From an uncultured Gammaproteobacteria bacterium (GTDB taxonomy: Bacteria; Patescibacteriota; Patescibacteriia; UBA9934), in contig CAYVLY010000001.1 of assembly GCA_964452565.1 (NCBI GenBank), positions 515,053-579,052 of the forward strand: DNA of 64,000 nt. Reading direction: 5' to 3'. This document shows, in pieces, positions 18,580 through 27,913 of this stretch (positions are counted from its first letter, which is position 1; the number at the start of each line of letters is the position of its first letter). The translations under genes were made by a program, and so were the position numbers. Under the pieces are notes generated by a model. That model made no database searches and was not told the origin of the DNA. It saw only the letters and a program-made list of their open reading frames with translations.

Positions 18580-18893
18580 ATACCAAAAGGAGTGACTCTC
18601 CGTTTGAGCTCAACCACCAAACGATGGAAGAAACGGCAGTCACCCCTTTTCATATCACAACGATTGCATTGTGTTGTGTACGCTTGGAACGTTGAGCTCA
18701 TACGCATTATGTCATGTTTACAGTTGATTTTCAACGGGTGTTTTTACTCCCATTCGTTCTTTTTTCCATTTCTCAAAGGCGAGGTTTGCAAATTGATATT
18801 GAGCATCTCGAAGCTGACGAATCTCATCATCGCTCATACCTTTTGCGTCTTCGCCAAGCAAACGCTTGTACTTCGAGAGCGCAATCATAAATC

Positions 18894-20060
18894 TTACGCA
18901 TCATTTCCTGATGCGACCTTACGTAGCATTGCTTGTAGCTCATCCTCGCTGATGTTGTATCGCACCTCCCCAGACCCCCTCTGTACAGCCTCAATCTCAC
19001 GCATCAACTCGATCTGTCGACTTTCGTCGATATGCCCGTAGCCGTAGGAGCCGAATGTAGTTGCTACATTTTCGTGACCAAGGTTCTGGCTTATGGCTTT
19101 TTTCTGCTCCTCGGTCAGCGGCTTTTTCATGAACTCCTTGACCAAAAGATGACGCAAGGAGTGAGGATGGTAGTACGGCTCACCTGCTGCCTTGAAGCGT
19201 TTTTCAAAAATCTTTCGAGCAGGGCTTGCGCTCGACCAGTAGACAGGCTCAACTTCCCCCGTGCTGTAATAACTGATGTTTTCTTTTCCGTTTTCCACCT
19301 TGGTGGCAGGAAACAATGGGTCATTCTCCTTGAATCCACGTTCATCTTTGAGATATTCAAACCATGACAAGAAGTATGTTTGTGCTTCTTTGTATTCAAG
19401 TGGGAATAAAGCCGTTGCAATCCGCTTTGAGAACTTGGTTTTGACACCAAGGTTTGGGTCTTGGTCAACCACCATGTCAACGGGGTCAAACGAGCCCAGA
19501 GGCAAGCTCACGATTGCTGAAATGCGTGCCCCTGTCAGCAGGGTAAAGCTCAAGAGAGCCTTGTCACGCATGTCGATTTCGTTTTTTGGTTCAATCGCTT
19601 CAATGACCTTTTTTACCTGTTCCATTGTGGGAATCTTGCGTCGTTTGCTTTGAAGCGCTTGACGAGACTCCTTTTTGCCAAGTGATAAGTACCCAATATC
19701 TGTTTCTTGGATGGCCTGCCGATACCCCTCCTGCCTTGAGAGCCAGTCGAAGAAACCACGTAACTTGCGTAGAGTGTGGTACTGGTAGCTGATACTTACA
19801 TTTCCACCTCGCTTGCTTTGGCGAGTGGCGAGCCACGTCTTGAACTCAACAGCACGTTTCTTGTTGAACAGATGAAAATCCGCTTCATCCGTAAAGTCCT
19901 GCCATTGTAGAATGGCTCCTTCATACGTCGTGATGGAGCTCTGCGAAAAGCCCTTGGACTGCTTGAGGTAGTCGAAATACTTTCGCTTCATCAGCTCGTT
20001 TTCATAACGCACTTCTTCCTTCGTTTTTGTGGGTTTTGTGTTGTTTGTAGATTGGGACAT
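18894..20060 (-). CDS. Tyrosine recombinase/integrase family protein (copy 2)
   Basis: Identical duplicate of 11516-12682. Confidence 0.7.
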   Translation of the reverse strand: MSQSTNNTKPTKTKEEVRYENELMKRKYFDYLKQSKGFSQSSITTYEGAILQWQDFTDEADFHLFNKKRAVEFKTWLATRQSKRGGNVSISYQYHTLRKLRGFFDWLSRQEGYRQAIQETDIGYLSLGKKESRQALQSKRRKIPTMEQVKKVIEAIEPKNEIDMRDKALLSFTLLTGARISAIVSLPLGSFDPVDMVVDQDPNLGVKTKFSKRIATALFPLEYKEAQTYFLSWFEYLKDERGFKENDPLFPATKVENGKENISYYSTGEVEPVYWSSASPARKIFEKRFKAAGEPYYHPHSLRHLLVKEFMKKPLTEEQKKAISQNLGHENVATTFGSYGYGHIDESRQIELMREIEAVQRGSGEVRYNISEDELQAMLRKVASGNDA

Positions 20061-20065
20061 ATAGC

Positions 20066-20542
20066 TTATGTGTGAGAGAATCCGTTAGTCCTTTCGGGAG
20101 AGGTTTTGAGTAGGCGAGATATTTTGCTGCCGCACGCCTCACACAGACCCGTTCTGCGATACTGTTCGAGGTTGTTTTTCCCTATCCGCTTGCCCGTTTT
20201 TTCTATTCGTTCGGTACCTTCTTTTGGCCTGACACCTTGGCCGCAGGAAAAGCAGAGGAGTTCATCTGGCTTGAGCTTCTGCTTCCTGTCGTTTCGTCGA
20301 GCTTTGAGAAAGTCGTAAAGCACCTGTCCATCAAAGAGCAGAGGCTTCTTGTTGGACATCATGGGTGCAAGCCCTTGCTTCATCCATCGCTGTACAGTTT
20401 TTCGACCAATACCCAACTCGGCGACAATCTCATTGATGTCGTAGCTATGGCGTTTTTTGATCTTGTTGAGCTGGTACCGCTTCATGACTTTGAAAGTTCT
20501 GGAGAGGCTTTCCCATCTCCGTACCTTTATGCAGCCGTTCAA
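20066..20542 (-). CDS. HTH plus zinc-ribbon DNA-binding protein (copy 2)
   Basis: Identical duplicate of 12688-13164. Confidence 0.5.
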   Translation of the reverse strand: MNGCIKVRRWESLSRTFKVMKRYQLNKIKKRHSYDINEIVAELGIGRKTVQRWMKQGLAPMMSNKKPLLFDGQVLYDFLKARRNDRKQKLKPDELLCFSCGQGVRPKEGTERIEKTGKRIGKNNLEQYRRTGLCEACGSKISRLLKTSPERTNGFSHT

Positions 20543-20681
20543 GTGGAGTCGCTGTCAAATCTTTGGGGGTGTGAACAAAACAAACAAAAAATCCCCATGT
20601 TTTACGGGGTTTTTGTGTTTGGGTTATCGACGCTTTACCTTTGTTCAAGTATCGACTTGAACGACCACTTGAACGAGTGTT

Positions 20682-21656
20682 CTATGTACAGCAATCGAGA
20701 CGGGGGTTGAGTCGATAGCGACTACGACCCTTCTTATCAAAAACCGTCTTTGTGCCGTACTCCAATGCTACGTCGTTTATCTGTTTTTTGTATGTTGAAA
20801 TCGTGCGCTTGTTACCGCTTGCAAACTTATCTGCCAAAACACTCAACTCGACCGATGGGTCATCCTTGGTTCGTGCGTTGAAAAGATACTCAATCATGTA
20901 AACGGTCGGCTGATACAGCGATAGTCTCCCTGCAAAGCGTCCTCGCCCAACCTGCTTGAATAGCAGTTCTTTGTCCTTTCTCGCCAGAACGATGTCTTTG
21001 TCCAGCACAATGGAATCTTCGCCATCAATGGCGTAATCCTGCTGGAAATATGTTGCCTCTGCGACAGCATCAATCTCTATACCATTTTCATCAATGTCTG
21101 CGATAAGTTCCAGTACGGGAACGGCATGGATATGAAGCGAAGCTGCCTTGTTGTTTGGATCGGCAAGAAATAGCAGGGTTGGACTACTGCGTGCGATGAT
21201 GCTTGCCAGATATTCTTCACGCAAGTCATTGAGGTTGGCCACAAAAAAGATGGCTCGTGCGGCACCTGTTATTTCCATGGCACCCACATTCCAAAACAAA
21301 CCACTTTGCTTGAGGTGCGCCTCGGTGAGCTCAACGCCCTCTGCGTCAAGAAACAAGGCAAGAAACCGCCGAACATTCAAACTGTATGCGTGGCGATCTT
21401 CTGGCTTGAGGTACTGTCGATCCGTATCTTTCGAGCAGGCTACAAACAGGCGTTCCTCATCTTGTTGTACTGGAAGCAGGTGCCCGTCATAGCACGACGT
21501 GCATAAAGCCTCACTCCTTCGTGCGGTAGTTTGAATCAAGCCGAGTTTGGTCAAAAACTCCGTCACCTCATTTCCAACAAGCTCAACCAATACAGAGCGA
21601 TCCACTTGTGTGCTGGCACCGAAAAGCTGTAGCCCCTGTCGTAGATCGTTTCTCAT
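20682..21656 (-). CDS. Hypothetical cargo protein (324 aa, copy 2)
   Basis: Identical duplicate of 13304-14278. Confidence 0.55.
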   Translation of the reverse strand: MRNDLRQGLQLFGASTQVDRSVLVELVGNEVTEFLTKLGLIQTTARRSEALCTSCYDGHLLPVQQDEERLFVACSKDTDRQYLKPEDRHAYSLNVRRFLALFLDAEGVELTEAHLKQSGLFWNVGAMEITGAARAIFFVANLNDLREEYLASIIARSSPTLLFLADPNNKAASLHIHAVPVLELIADIDENGIEIDAVAEATYFQQDYAIDGEDSIVLDKDIVLARKDKELLFKQVGRGRFAGRLSLYQPTVYMIEYLFNARTKDDPSVELSVLADKFASGNKRTISTYKKQINDVALEYGTKTVFDKKGRSRYRLNPRLDCCT

Positions 21657-22822
21657 ACCTCATTCACGGTATCAATACCCCACTTGATGAGGAGCTTCCG
21701 CACCAACATGTCTTGCTCTCGGCTTTTGAGATTATGCCCTTTGCCATGCGTTACATCGAAGGTCACAGGGCGCCTTTTTCCGTTGATTTTGAAAACGACT
21801 TTGATTTTGGCTTGAAGAATATCAAAGAAATCAAAGTTGATATTGCGATACTGGAGCATTTCTTTCATGCTTTCAACGCCACCTTTTGCATCTGATCCAA
21901 TGGTCAAGTACACCTTGCTCCCATTCGGACGAAATCGCAGGCTCATTGCCTTGAGTTGAACTGATTCGACGTTTTCTTCCTCCGCTATGGTCAGCGGATC
22001 AGGGTCGAGTGATTTGAGTACGTCGAGCCTATATGAGCTTGTTTTACAGTCTTCATAACGCAGACTCCACACATCTTCAATAACGGCACGTTGCAACCCC
22101 TCAACCTTTGTTTGTCCGCCCTTGACTTTCACTTCGAGTTTATTTCCGTTCAGCCAGTATTGAATATACGCTCGTAGAATAGGACGTCTTGGCGTATCAG
22201 GTTTGAGCTTATCATCTGTCTCAAACTTCAAGTCGTTTACAAAGCGGTCTTCTACATAGGCGACCATGCACAAGCGGTCAGGTTTTTCGATGAGCTTGAT
22301 TTTGCACCGTGTCTTTCGTCGACCAAATGTGAACATGTTCTGAATAGACTGTTCAAGTGTCGTGACGCCGTTGGTCAAAGTCGCCACTTCAACATCTGGG
22401 ATGACAACACTTTTCCAGCTGCAAATGTTATCGAGCGCATGTTCGTCAACCGAAGTATGGAAAATGTCCTCGTGATTGATAAAGAACCACAAGGCTCGGG
22501 AGTGATGATTGGGGAGTTCGTCGTACACCTTCCAGTCCACGGACTTTTGCAAGCGTTCTGCGGTTTTTTGTAGATACGCTACGGAAGCCCAGCCAGACAT
22601 GTCGCTGATGTCATTGAGTGCCGTGAGAACCTCACCATGCTTTTGCTCATCCTGCGTATCGACTACCACCAAAAATCGGTCAGCACGAGCTTCATCTTCT
22701 TCATCGTCGTGTATAATAAAATCCAACTCCAACTTTTTGGCGAACTCACCAAGGAGTGCGGGGTCAAACTTCATCAATAACGATGATGGATCAAAACTTC
22801 CTGTACCAGCCATATGTTGCAA
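21653..22822 (-). CDS. Hypothetical cargo protein (389 aa, copy 2)
   Basis: Identical duplicate of 14275-15444. Confidence 0.55.
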   Translation of the reverse strand: MQHMAGTGSFDPSSLLMKFDPALLGEFAKKLELDFIIHDDEEDEARADRFLVVVDTQDEQKHGEVLTALNDISDMSGWASVAYLQKTAERLQKSVDWKVYDELPNHHSRALWFFINHEDIFHTSVDEHALDNICSWKSVVIPDVEVATLTNGVTTLEQSIQNMFTFGRRKTRCKIKLIEKPDRLCMVAYVEDRFVNDLKFETDDKLKPDTPRRPILRAYIQYWLNGNKLEVKVKGGQTKVEGLQRAVIEDVWSLRYEDCKTSSYRLDVLKSLDPDPLTIAEEENVESVQLKAMSLRFRPNGSKVYLTIGSDAKGGVESMKEMLQYRNINFDFFDILQAKIKVVFKINGKRRPVTFDVTHGKGHNLKSREQDMLVRKLLIKWGIDTVNEV

Positions 22823-22853
22823 AGATTTGTCAACTTATGGTAACTTACCAAAT

Positions 22854-23054
22854 ATGCAAGATCGGTCAACTCCACGAGAGACAAAAAAGCTCCCAGAGTT
22901 GTTGACTCTCAAAGAGGCGGCTGATTTGTTGCATTGTCACCCGAATACGTTGCGTAACTGGGACAACAAGGGCATCCTTGTTGCCGTGCGTCTGGGGTCA
23001 CTGGGTGATCGCAGGTACAAAAAGCAAGACATATTGAAACTGATGGAGAAATAA
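22854..23054 (+). CDS. Xis/AlpA-like HTH protein (copy 2)
   Basis: Identical duplicate of 15476-15676. Confidence 0.6.
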   Translation: MQDRSTPRETKKLPELLTLKEAADLLHCHPNTLRNWDNKGILVAVRLGSLGDRRYKKQDILKLMEK

Positions 23055-23064
23055 AAGATGAGGT

Positions 23065-23838
23065 ATGCAGGTCGAACAAAGTAAGAATCTTGATCAGCAA
23101 TTTTGTGAACATGGAAACTTCCTATTTTCATGTCCAGAATGTAAAGAAAGAGGTAGGGATATAATTTTGAGAATAGCTGACAGGAGATCGGTGCCTGATA
23201 CTGAACAGGTTGAAAAAGTCAGGAATCACATTGAGAAGGTGGTACTGGGCGCTCTTTCAATGTTTGTTTCAAGGTTCGAGACTTATTGCAGAAAAGGAAA
23301 CGAACTCGAGATTGTCATAGTTGATGCGACCGATCAAGATTTTGGTTCTGGAGAAGTGAAAGGTACTACTATTGACATCCCGTTGTTAGAAGAGGAAAGG
23401 ATGAGCTTCATTTTGCAAAGAATGGTTGAGAAATCTGATGACATTACGAAAAAACAACTCGAAAACATTGGTATTGCTATCACTTGTTCGACGATATTAC
23501 ACGAAGCAATACATAGTTTTTTGGAGTCAAAGCCACACTCGAGTCTTCATGAAAAGATAGAAGCAATGAGTAGTATTCCTGATCCAGAAGGGATATTTTC
23601 CACACTATGCGATGAAGCCATTGCATATTCCATGCAATCCATTTTTTCAGAAACTATAGAGCCCTTTGGAAATACTGCTCCAAGAGTTGACCAAGATAAG
23701 GAAGCTAGTCTGGTCGCTGTAAGAAAAAAACTAGGTATGGCCATCGAAAAAGATATGCGAAAGGTGTTATATGGAAGGCTGGACACAGAATCATTCTTTG
23801 ATATTCTTATACAAAAAGCAAAAACACTAACTCAATAA
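23065..23838 (+). CDS. HExxH-motif protein (copy 2)
   Basis: Identical duplicate of 15687-16460. Confidence 0.4.
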   Translation: MQVEQSKNLDQQFCEHGNFLFSCPECKERGRDIILRIADRRSVPDTEQVEKVRNHIEKVVLGALSMFVSRFETYCRKGNELEIVIVDATDQDFGSGEVKGTTIDIPLLEEERMSFILQRMVEKSDDITKKQLENIGIAITCSTILHEAIHSFLESKPHSSLHEKIEAMSSIPDPEGIFSTLCDEAIAYSMQSIFSETIEPFGNTAPRVDQDKEASLVAVRKKLGMAIEKDMRKVLYGRLDTESFFDILIQKAKTLTQ

Positions 23839-23849
23839 CAACAATATCT

Positions 23850-24338
23850 ATGTCAGAGACACGACGTGGACAAGAGCATTCCCCCGATTCAGCAAACGAA
23901 ATAGTCGAATTGCAACGAGAACAGATGAAACAAAACTTTGATGAAATTGCAGTAAAAGCCTTGTTCCAGTTGAGGAGAAGTTTGTTAGGGAAAGATTATC
24001 GAAACTTGCCCAATTTGAGAGCGCTTCCTGAACCGTTTGAACCAAACGCAGATATATCACATGATACACTCATGAAAATATCATCTGATTTTATTACAGA
24101 AATGAGGTTGCAAATATCAGCTATCATTGCGGAGGCAACGAGAAGATTATCTTTGTATGATCAAAAGAAACAAGAGTATCCAATTGATGCAAACATGGCA
24201 CTTGAGGAGGTCTTGATTGAAAAAGCTTTTGATTTCTTGCGAGACCAAAAAAGAATAATCAGCAACAACCGCGGTACACTTGGTGGATGGATGAAGACAA
24301 TAGTAGAAAGAGAGAAAAATATAGTTGAGCATGACTAG
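23850..24338 (+). CDS. Hypothetical protein (162 aa, copy 2)
   Basis: Identical duplicate of 16472-16960. Confidence 0.45.
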   Translation: MSETRRGQEHSPDSANEIVELQREQMKQNFDEIAVKALFQLRRSLLGKDYRNLPNLRALPEPFEPNADISHDTLMKISSDFITEMRLQISAIIAEATRRLSLYDQKKQEYPIDANMALEEVLIEKAFDFLRDQKRIISNNRGTLGGWMKTIVEREKNIVEHD

Positions 24339-24443
24339 TCGAGAGAAAAGGGTTGCATTTTTTGAGATCCAAAAATATGCGGCAATGTCTCCGACCATTG
24401 CTTGATTTGCTGGATCAGGGTGTTCCAATGCTCAATACAGTAG

Positions 24444-24453
24444 GTCACCAAAA
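24444..24453 (+). other. att core copy 3 (attR: element right end / chromosome)
   Basis: GGTCACCAAA followed by the chromosomal hairpin AGAACACGC-tccc-GCGTGTTCTTTT. Confidence 0.7.
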
Positions 24454-24482
24454 GAACACGCTCCCGCGTGTTCTTTTGATTT
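24454..24482 (+). terminator. Displaced tRNA-Glu terminator hairpin
   Basis: AGAACACGC-tccc-GCGTGTTCT followed by TTTTGATTTTG, immediately after the attR core. Confidence 0.5.
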
Positions 24483-24496
24483 TGCTCTTCATTAAA

Positions 24497-25126
24497 CTAC
24501 TTCTCCTGATTCTGCAACCACTTCACACCAAGATACACAAACGGCGTATCGATCGCGGCAAACGCAATCTTGAAAAGATAATATGGAACAGCAAGTGTAA
24601 TAATAAATCCAAACGTGAACTTATCTGATATCCCGTAGAATGCTATTGTCATAAATAAAAGCGTATCGATCGCTTGCGAAACAAAAGTTGAAAGATTGTT
24701 TCTAAGCCAGAGCATCTTGCCTTTTGTCTTCTTTTTCCAAAACTCAAACGCCCACACATCATGCAACTGTGCCACGGCAAAAGCGATAATGCTGGCAATA
24801 ATCATTCGCAGTGAAGTCCCAAAAATCGTGACATAAGCATCATTAAACTCATAGCGCTCATGCGGGCCAAGAACTACAAATAATGCGGTATAGGCAAAAG
24901 TGATGATTAGTGCGACAAGTCCAATGATTACAAATTGCCGTGCGACTTTTTTTCCAAATACATCTGCAACAATATCTGTGATCAAAAATGTGAGCGGAAC
25001 CATGAATATCCCTACAGATACCGAAACACCAAGTAGAGTTGTGATTTTCCCTCCTAAAAGATTCATGCCGATCAATAATCCAATAAATACCCCTAATAAT
25101 AACTTTAACTTAAAATCTTGTTTCAT
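24497..25126 (-). CDS. YhhQ/DUF165-like membrane protein (putative queuosine-precursor transporter)
   Basis: 209-aa multi-TM protein. The resemblance to the YhhQ family is from memory, not from a search. Confidence 0.5.
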   Translation of the reverse strand: MKQDFKLKLLLGVFIGLLIGMNLLGGKITTLLGVSVSVGIFMVPLTFLITDIVADVFGKKVARQFVIIGLVALIITFAYTALFVVLGPHERYEFNDAYVTIFGTSLRMIIASIIAFAVAQLHDVWAFEFWKKKTKGKMLWLRNNLSTFVSQAIDTLLFMTIAFYGISDKFTFGFIITLAVPYYLFKIAFAAIDTPFVYLGVKWLQNQEK

Positions 25127-25285
25127 ATGTTTTGATTACTTATTAGAGCAACCTATAAAGGTTAGCAGAAAAACGATTTCTAGCATAACACCCGTTAAAA
25201 TCCACTATGTTATAATTAATCCAGAAGAAAGAGCGGAGGGTTCTTTCACCAACAATCAACCATCACCTACGTCTGGAGGTTTGAT

Positions 25286-25802
25286 CTTGTCAAAGGGTAA
25301 GAAGAAACCCAAACCAGCCAATACCTCAGGCTATCGACTAACCGACCACCACATCCAGGCTCGGGTGAGGGGGGGACAACGTAGTGGTAATATAGTACGA
25401 CTTCCGGGACGTTATCACAGTGCCTACCACACACTGTTCGATGTCCTGAATGTAGATGAAGCTCAGGAGTTCATCGACTGGCTTGCAGGTCTCGATTCTA
25501 TACCCACCAAGGCCGAGGTTGCGAATATGCGGGTCGACATCATGCACGGCCGCCTTCGCGCCGTACCAAAACAGCTTGATCTCGATGAAAACGGCAATAT
25601 CCCTGACGTCCTTCCCAGCAACATACGATCTGCCTGGGGAATACTCTTTGCCGGACTCACCGCAGGTGAAGCAAAAGAGCTCCTCGAAGTAATCGTGGTT
25701 CCGGGAAAAAGATGGGGTCAAGCCAGCTTCATCCGCGCCAGACGTGGTGTCCGAGCATCCAGCCATAGGACTACTGCAGGACTGGCCAAAGTATTCGCTT
25801 AG
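25286..25802 (+). CDS. GC-rich hypothetical protein (TTG start after GGAGG)
   Basis: Only the GC-rich 3' part of track ORF 24900-25802 is counted; the 5' part is antisense to the yhhQ-like gene. A terminator identical to the one after 26477 follows. Confidence 0.35.
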
Positions 25803-25818
25803 CTGACCACCCACTCTC

Positions 25819-25858
25819 CGCGCCCGCGGCCTCTCCAGGCTCGCGGGCATCGTGTTTT
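25819..25858 (+). terminator. GC hairpin terminator (GCCCGCGG...CGCGGGC plus T-run), copy 1 of 2
   Basis: The same roughly 30-nt sequence recurs at 26489-26530. Confidence 0.5.
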
Positions 25859-25991
25859 AAAAATCTTAGTCGTATTGATATAAAAAACACAGTTTCATTA
25901 AGTCCACGATCGTGGACTTAATGAAACCATTTGCCACCAAAACGCCTGGCCCTTTGATGAACTCAAATTGGCTTAAACCTAGTACAAGGGG

Positions 25992-26020
25992 TTGACAAAG
26001 GGGCTTTTCTGTGGTAGTTT
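25992..26020 (+). promoter_or_regulatory. Sigma70-like promoter (TTGACA-17-TAGTTT)
   Basis: Upstream of 26061-26477. A GGAGAG RBS follows. Confidence 0.35.
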
Positions 26021-26060
26021 TATTCTCTTCTTCGCCAACCCGACTCCCAAGGAGAGACCA

Positions 26061-26477
26061 ATGAAGAAGAAGTTGGAAAGAGTCGCGATCGCGCTGTTCG
26101 TACTACTCGTGCTCGGCGCCATCGGCCTGAGGGTGTCCTGGGGCCTCAACCCCAAGGCCAAGGCCCTGCGAGCTGAGTTCGGTGCGCCCCTCAAGGACTT
26201 CGAGGGCGGGTGCACCCAGGCCTATCTCGCCGACCGGGAGAGCCTGTACGCTCTCAGCTCAGGCGATAAGTACACAGAGCCGGAAGGCCCGGACGGCGAC
26301 CAGATCATGCTCCAGGCCGTGGCCAAGCGCAACGACATACGCGCCCAGTACGACCTCAACCTCGCCCAGGCCGCATTCTACAGCATCATCTGGGCCACGC
26401 ACAGCACCTGGCTCTGCAACATCGACAGCGGCACAACCGTCACCACCATGTTCGGCAAGCCGCCGGAACAGCAGTAG
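26061..26477 (+). CDS. GC-rich secreted/membrane-anchored hypothetical protein
   Basis: Inner ATG of ORF 25992-26477. It has an N-terminal hydrophobic signal (VAIALFVLLVLGAIG). Confidence 0.45.
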   Translation: MKKKLERVAIALFVLLVLGAIGLRVSWGLNPKAKALRAEFGAPLKDFEGGCTQAYLADRESLYALSSGDKYTEPEGPDGDQIMLQAVAKRNDIRAQYDLNLAQAAFYSIIWATHSTWLCNIDSGTTVTTMFGKPPEQQ

Positions 26478-26488
26478 CGTTCATCCCC

Positions 26489-26530
26489 CTCCGCGCCCGC
26501 GGCCTCTCCAGGCTCGCGGGCGAAGTGCTT
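26489..26530 (+). terminator. GC hairpin terminator, copy 2 of 2
   Basis: Same sequence as 25819-25858. Confidence 0.5.
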
Positions 26531-26551
26531 TCTGAGATATAATCAAAACAT

Positions 26552-26956
26552 ATGAAAGAAGTTTTGATTTTCTTTTTTATCTACGGACTGTTTGGCTGGA
26601 TCTTAGATACTAGCTATCGATCAATTCAAGCCAAGCGATTCAACCAAGGTAGCTTTTTAAACCTTCCCTTTTGCACAAGCTACGGGCTTGGTGGGTTGTT
26701 TTTGATCACGATTAGTGATTGGATAACTGAATTCGATCTCATTACACAGTTCGTTATTCTTGCGATCAGCCTGGCAGCACTCGAGTATGCGCTAGGATTC
26801 ATCTCGCATCTCACTTGGAAGAAGCGCTATTGGGATTATCGAAAAGCAAAATTCAACATCAAGGGCTACACAGACCTAGAGCATGCGATCTATTGGGGAC
26901 TCCTCGGTCTATTTTTTATACACATACTACATCCGTGGGTCTCATCATTTTTCTAA
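26552..26956 (+). CDS. Small multi-TM membrane protein (hypothetical)
   Basis: 134 aa, AT-rich native composition, hydrophobic. Confidence 0.5.
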   Translation: MKEVLIFFFIYGLFGWILDTSYRSIQAKRFNQGSFLNLPFCTSYGLGGLFLITISDWITEFDLITQFVILAISLAALEYALGFISHLTWKKRYWDYRKAKFNIKGYTDLEHAIYWGLLGLFFIHILHPWVSSFF

Positions 26957-27065
26957 AAGCATCACGCCCGGACGAAGAACTCGTCCGAGCGTACGTTGTA
27001 TCAGTGACCTGCGATTCCGCCCACACTGCGGTTGGGCGTTCTCCAGCGAAGTCCCATGACTCCTC

Positions 27066-27899
27066 CTAAAGGAACGGGTGGATGATTGGAAGCGGACGCT
27101 CCCGACATAATTGATACATTCTATCTTTGCGCTCTGCCGGTGTTTCAGATTGCAGTAGGATCGATTCCAGCCGAACTTGCTCCAGGACGCGTCCTTCCAA
27201 GGCGTAAGCTGCTACCTGGCGTATTGCCGCCATGCGAAGACCATCTGTGAACTTGATTTCCCTAAACTGACGAAGGTGTGCCTCAATCTGCCTGATGAGA
27301 AGATGGTGCTGAGCTTGAGACTCTTCGACCCGCTGCTGGAAATCAACTGGTTGCTCGAGCTCTGCTTCTACTTCTGACCAGAGTGTCACTTTCCAACCTT
27401 CAGGCAGATCAGCCTCTTCGCACATACATTGGCAATAGTAGGTGAGTTCTGCCTGATCAACAGTCCAGCCCCAAGTACGGCGAGGTTCTAAATCGGGGAG
27501 GAAAATCTCAACCGACACCTCAGCCCCCACTCTCTGAAGGGCGTCCGATAACTCTTGAGCGCGACGAACTACTTTCCGATCCCGAAAGAAGTAGGTCTTC
27601 TTCAAATCCGGAATCAACTCTTCGCGACCCGTGTAAGTCCCAAGGCATGAAAATCCGATGAATTGAATCTTCTGCCCCTCCATGAGATCAAGCACCTGAA
27701 CAGGATCTACGATATTCATCGGATCGTGCTGTTCAAAGTGCTGAACAACCTGAAAGTACTTGATAGCATCGGGCAACGCCTTACGCCACGCAGATCGAAA
27801 TGCCTTTGCTGGTGTTTGAACAGTGCCATCCTGCAAAATTCGAGCCATACCCCACCTCCTGAATGCGTGGGGTTCTAGAATTAGAACCGCACACACCAA
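27066..27899 (-). CDS. Hypothetical protein (277 aa), paralog of 27914-28783
   Basis: It shares an N-terminal pattern with its neighbour (FIGFSCLGTYTGREEL versus FLTFTCSTINAEKMF), and the sizes are similar. GC is intermediate. Confidence 0.4.
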   Translation of the reverse strand: MVCAVLILEPHAFRRWGMARILQDGTVQTPAKAFRSAWRKALPDAIKYFQVVQHFEQHDPMNIVDPVQVLDLMEGQKIQFIGFSCLGTYTGREELIPDLKKTYFFRDRKVVRRAQELSDALQRVGAEVSVEIFLPDLEPRRTWGWTVDQAELTYYCQCMCEEADLPEGWKVTLWSEVEAELEQPVDFQQRVEESQAQHHLLIRQIEAHLRQFREIKFTDGLRMAAIRQVAAYALEGRVLEQVRLESILLQSETPAERKDRMYQLCRERPLPIIHPFL

Positions 27900-27913
27900 A
27901 AGGCGAACAATTA

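Larger units (their letters stand above)
9687..24453. mobile_element. Tandem double insertion of a 7,378-bp integrative element at the tRNA-Glu 3' end
   Basis: Blocks 9697-17074 and 17075-24452 are identical (offset 7378), and every ORF is duplicated. The core GGTCACCAAA occurs at 9687-9696, 17065-17074 and 24444-24453. The displaced tRNA terminator is found at 24454-24480. Confidence 0.85.

Noticed and set aside
9687-24453. Possibility that the 7,378-bp exact duplication is an assembly artefact (concatemerised circular contig)
   Set aside because: It cannot be excluded without reads. However, the three junctions are exactly those expected for real tandem integration: hybrid attL, an internal attP-like junction and attR. 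The flanks, a tRNA 5' side and a tRNA terminator 3' side, differ. The region is therefore reported as a real element, with the caveat stated.
9687-24453. CRISPR array or other short-period repeat locus
   Set aside because: No short direct repeats with unique spacers anywhere in the window. The only large repeat is the 7.4-kb tandem duplication.
24900-25802. 300-aa track ORF
   Set aside because: The 5' two-thirds are antisense to the yhhQ-like gene and AT-rich. Only the GC-rich 3' part from the TTG at 25286 after a GGAGG is plausible coding sequence, and even that has low confidence.
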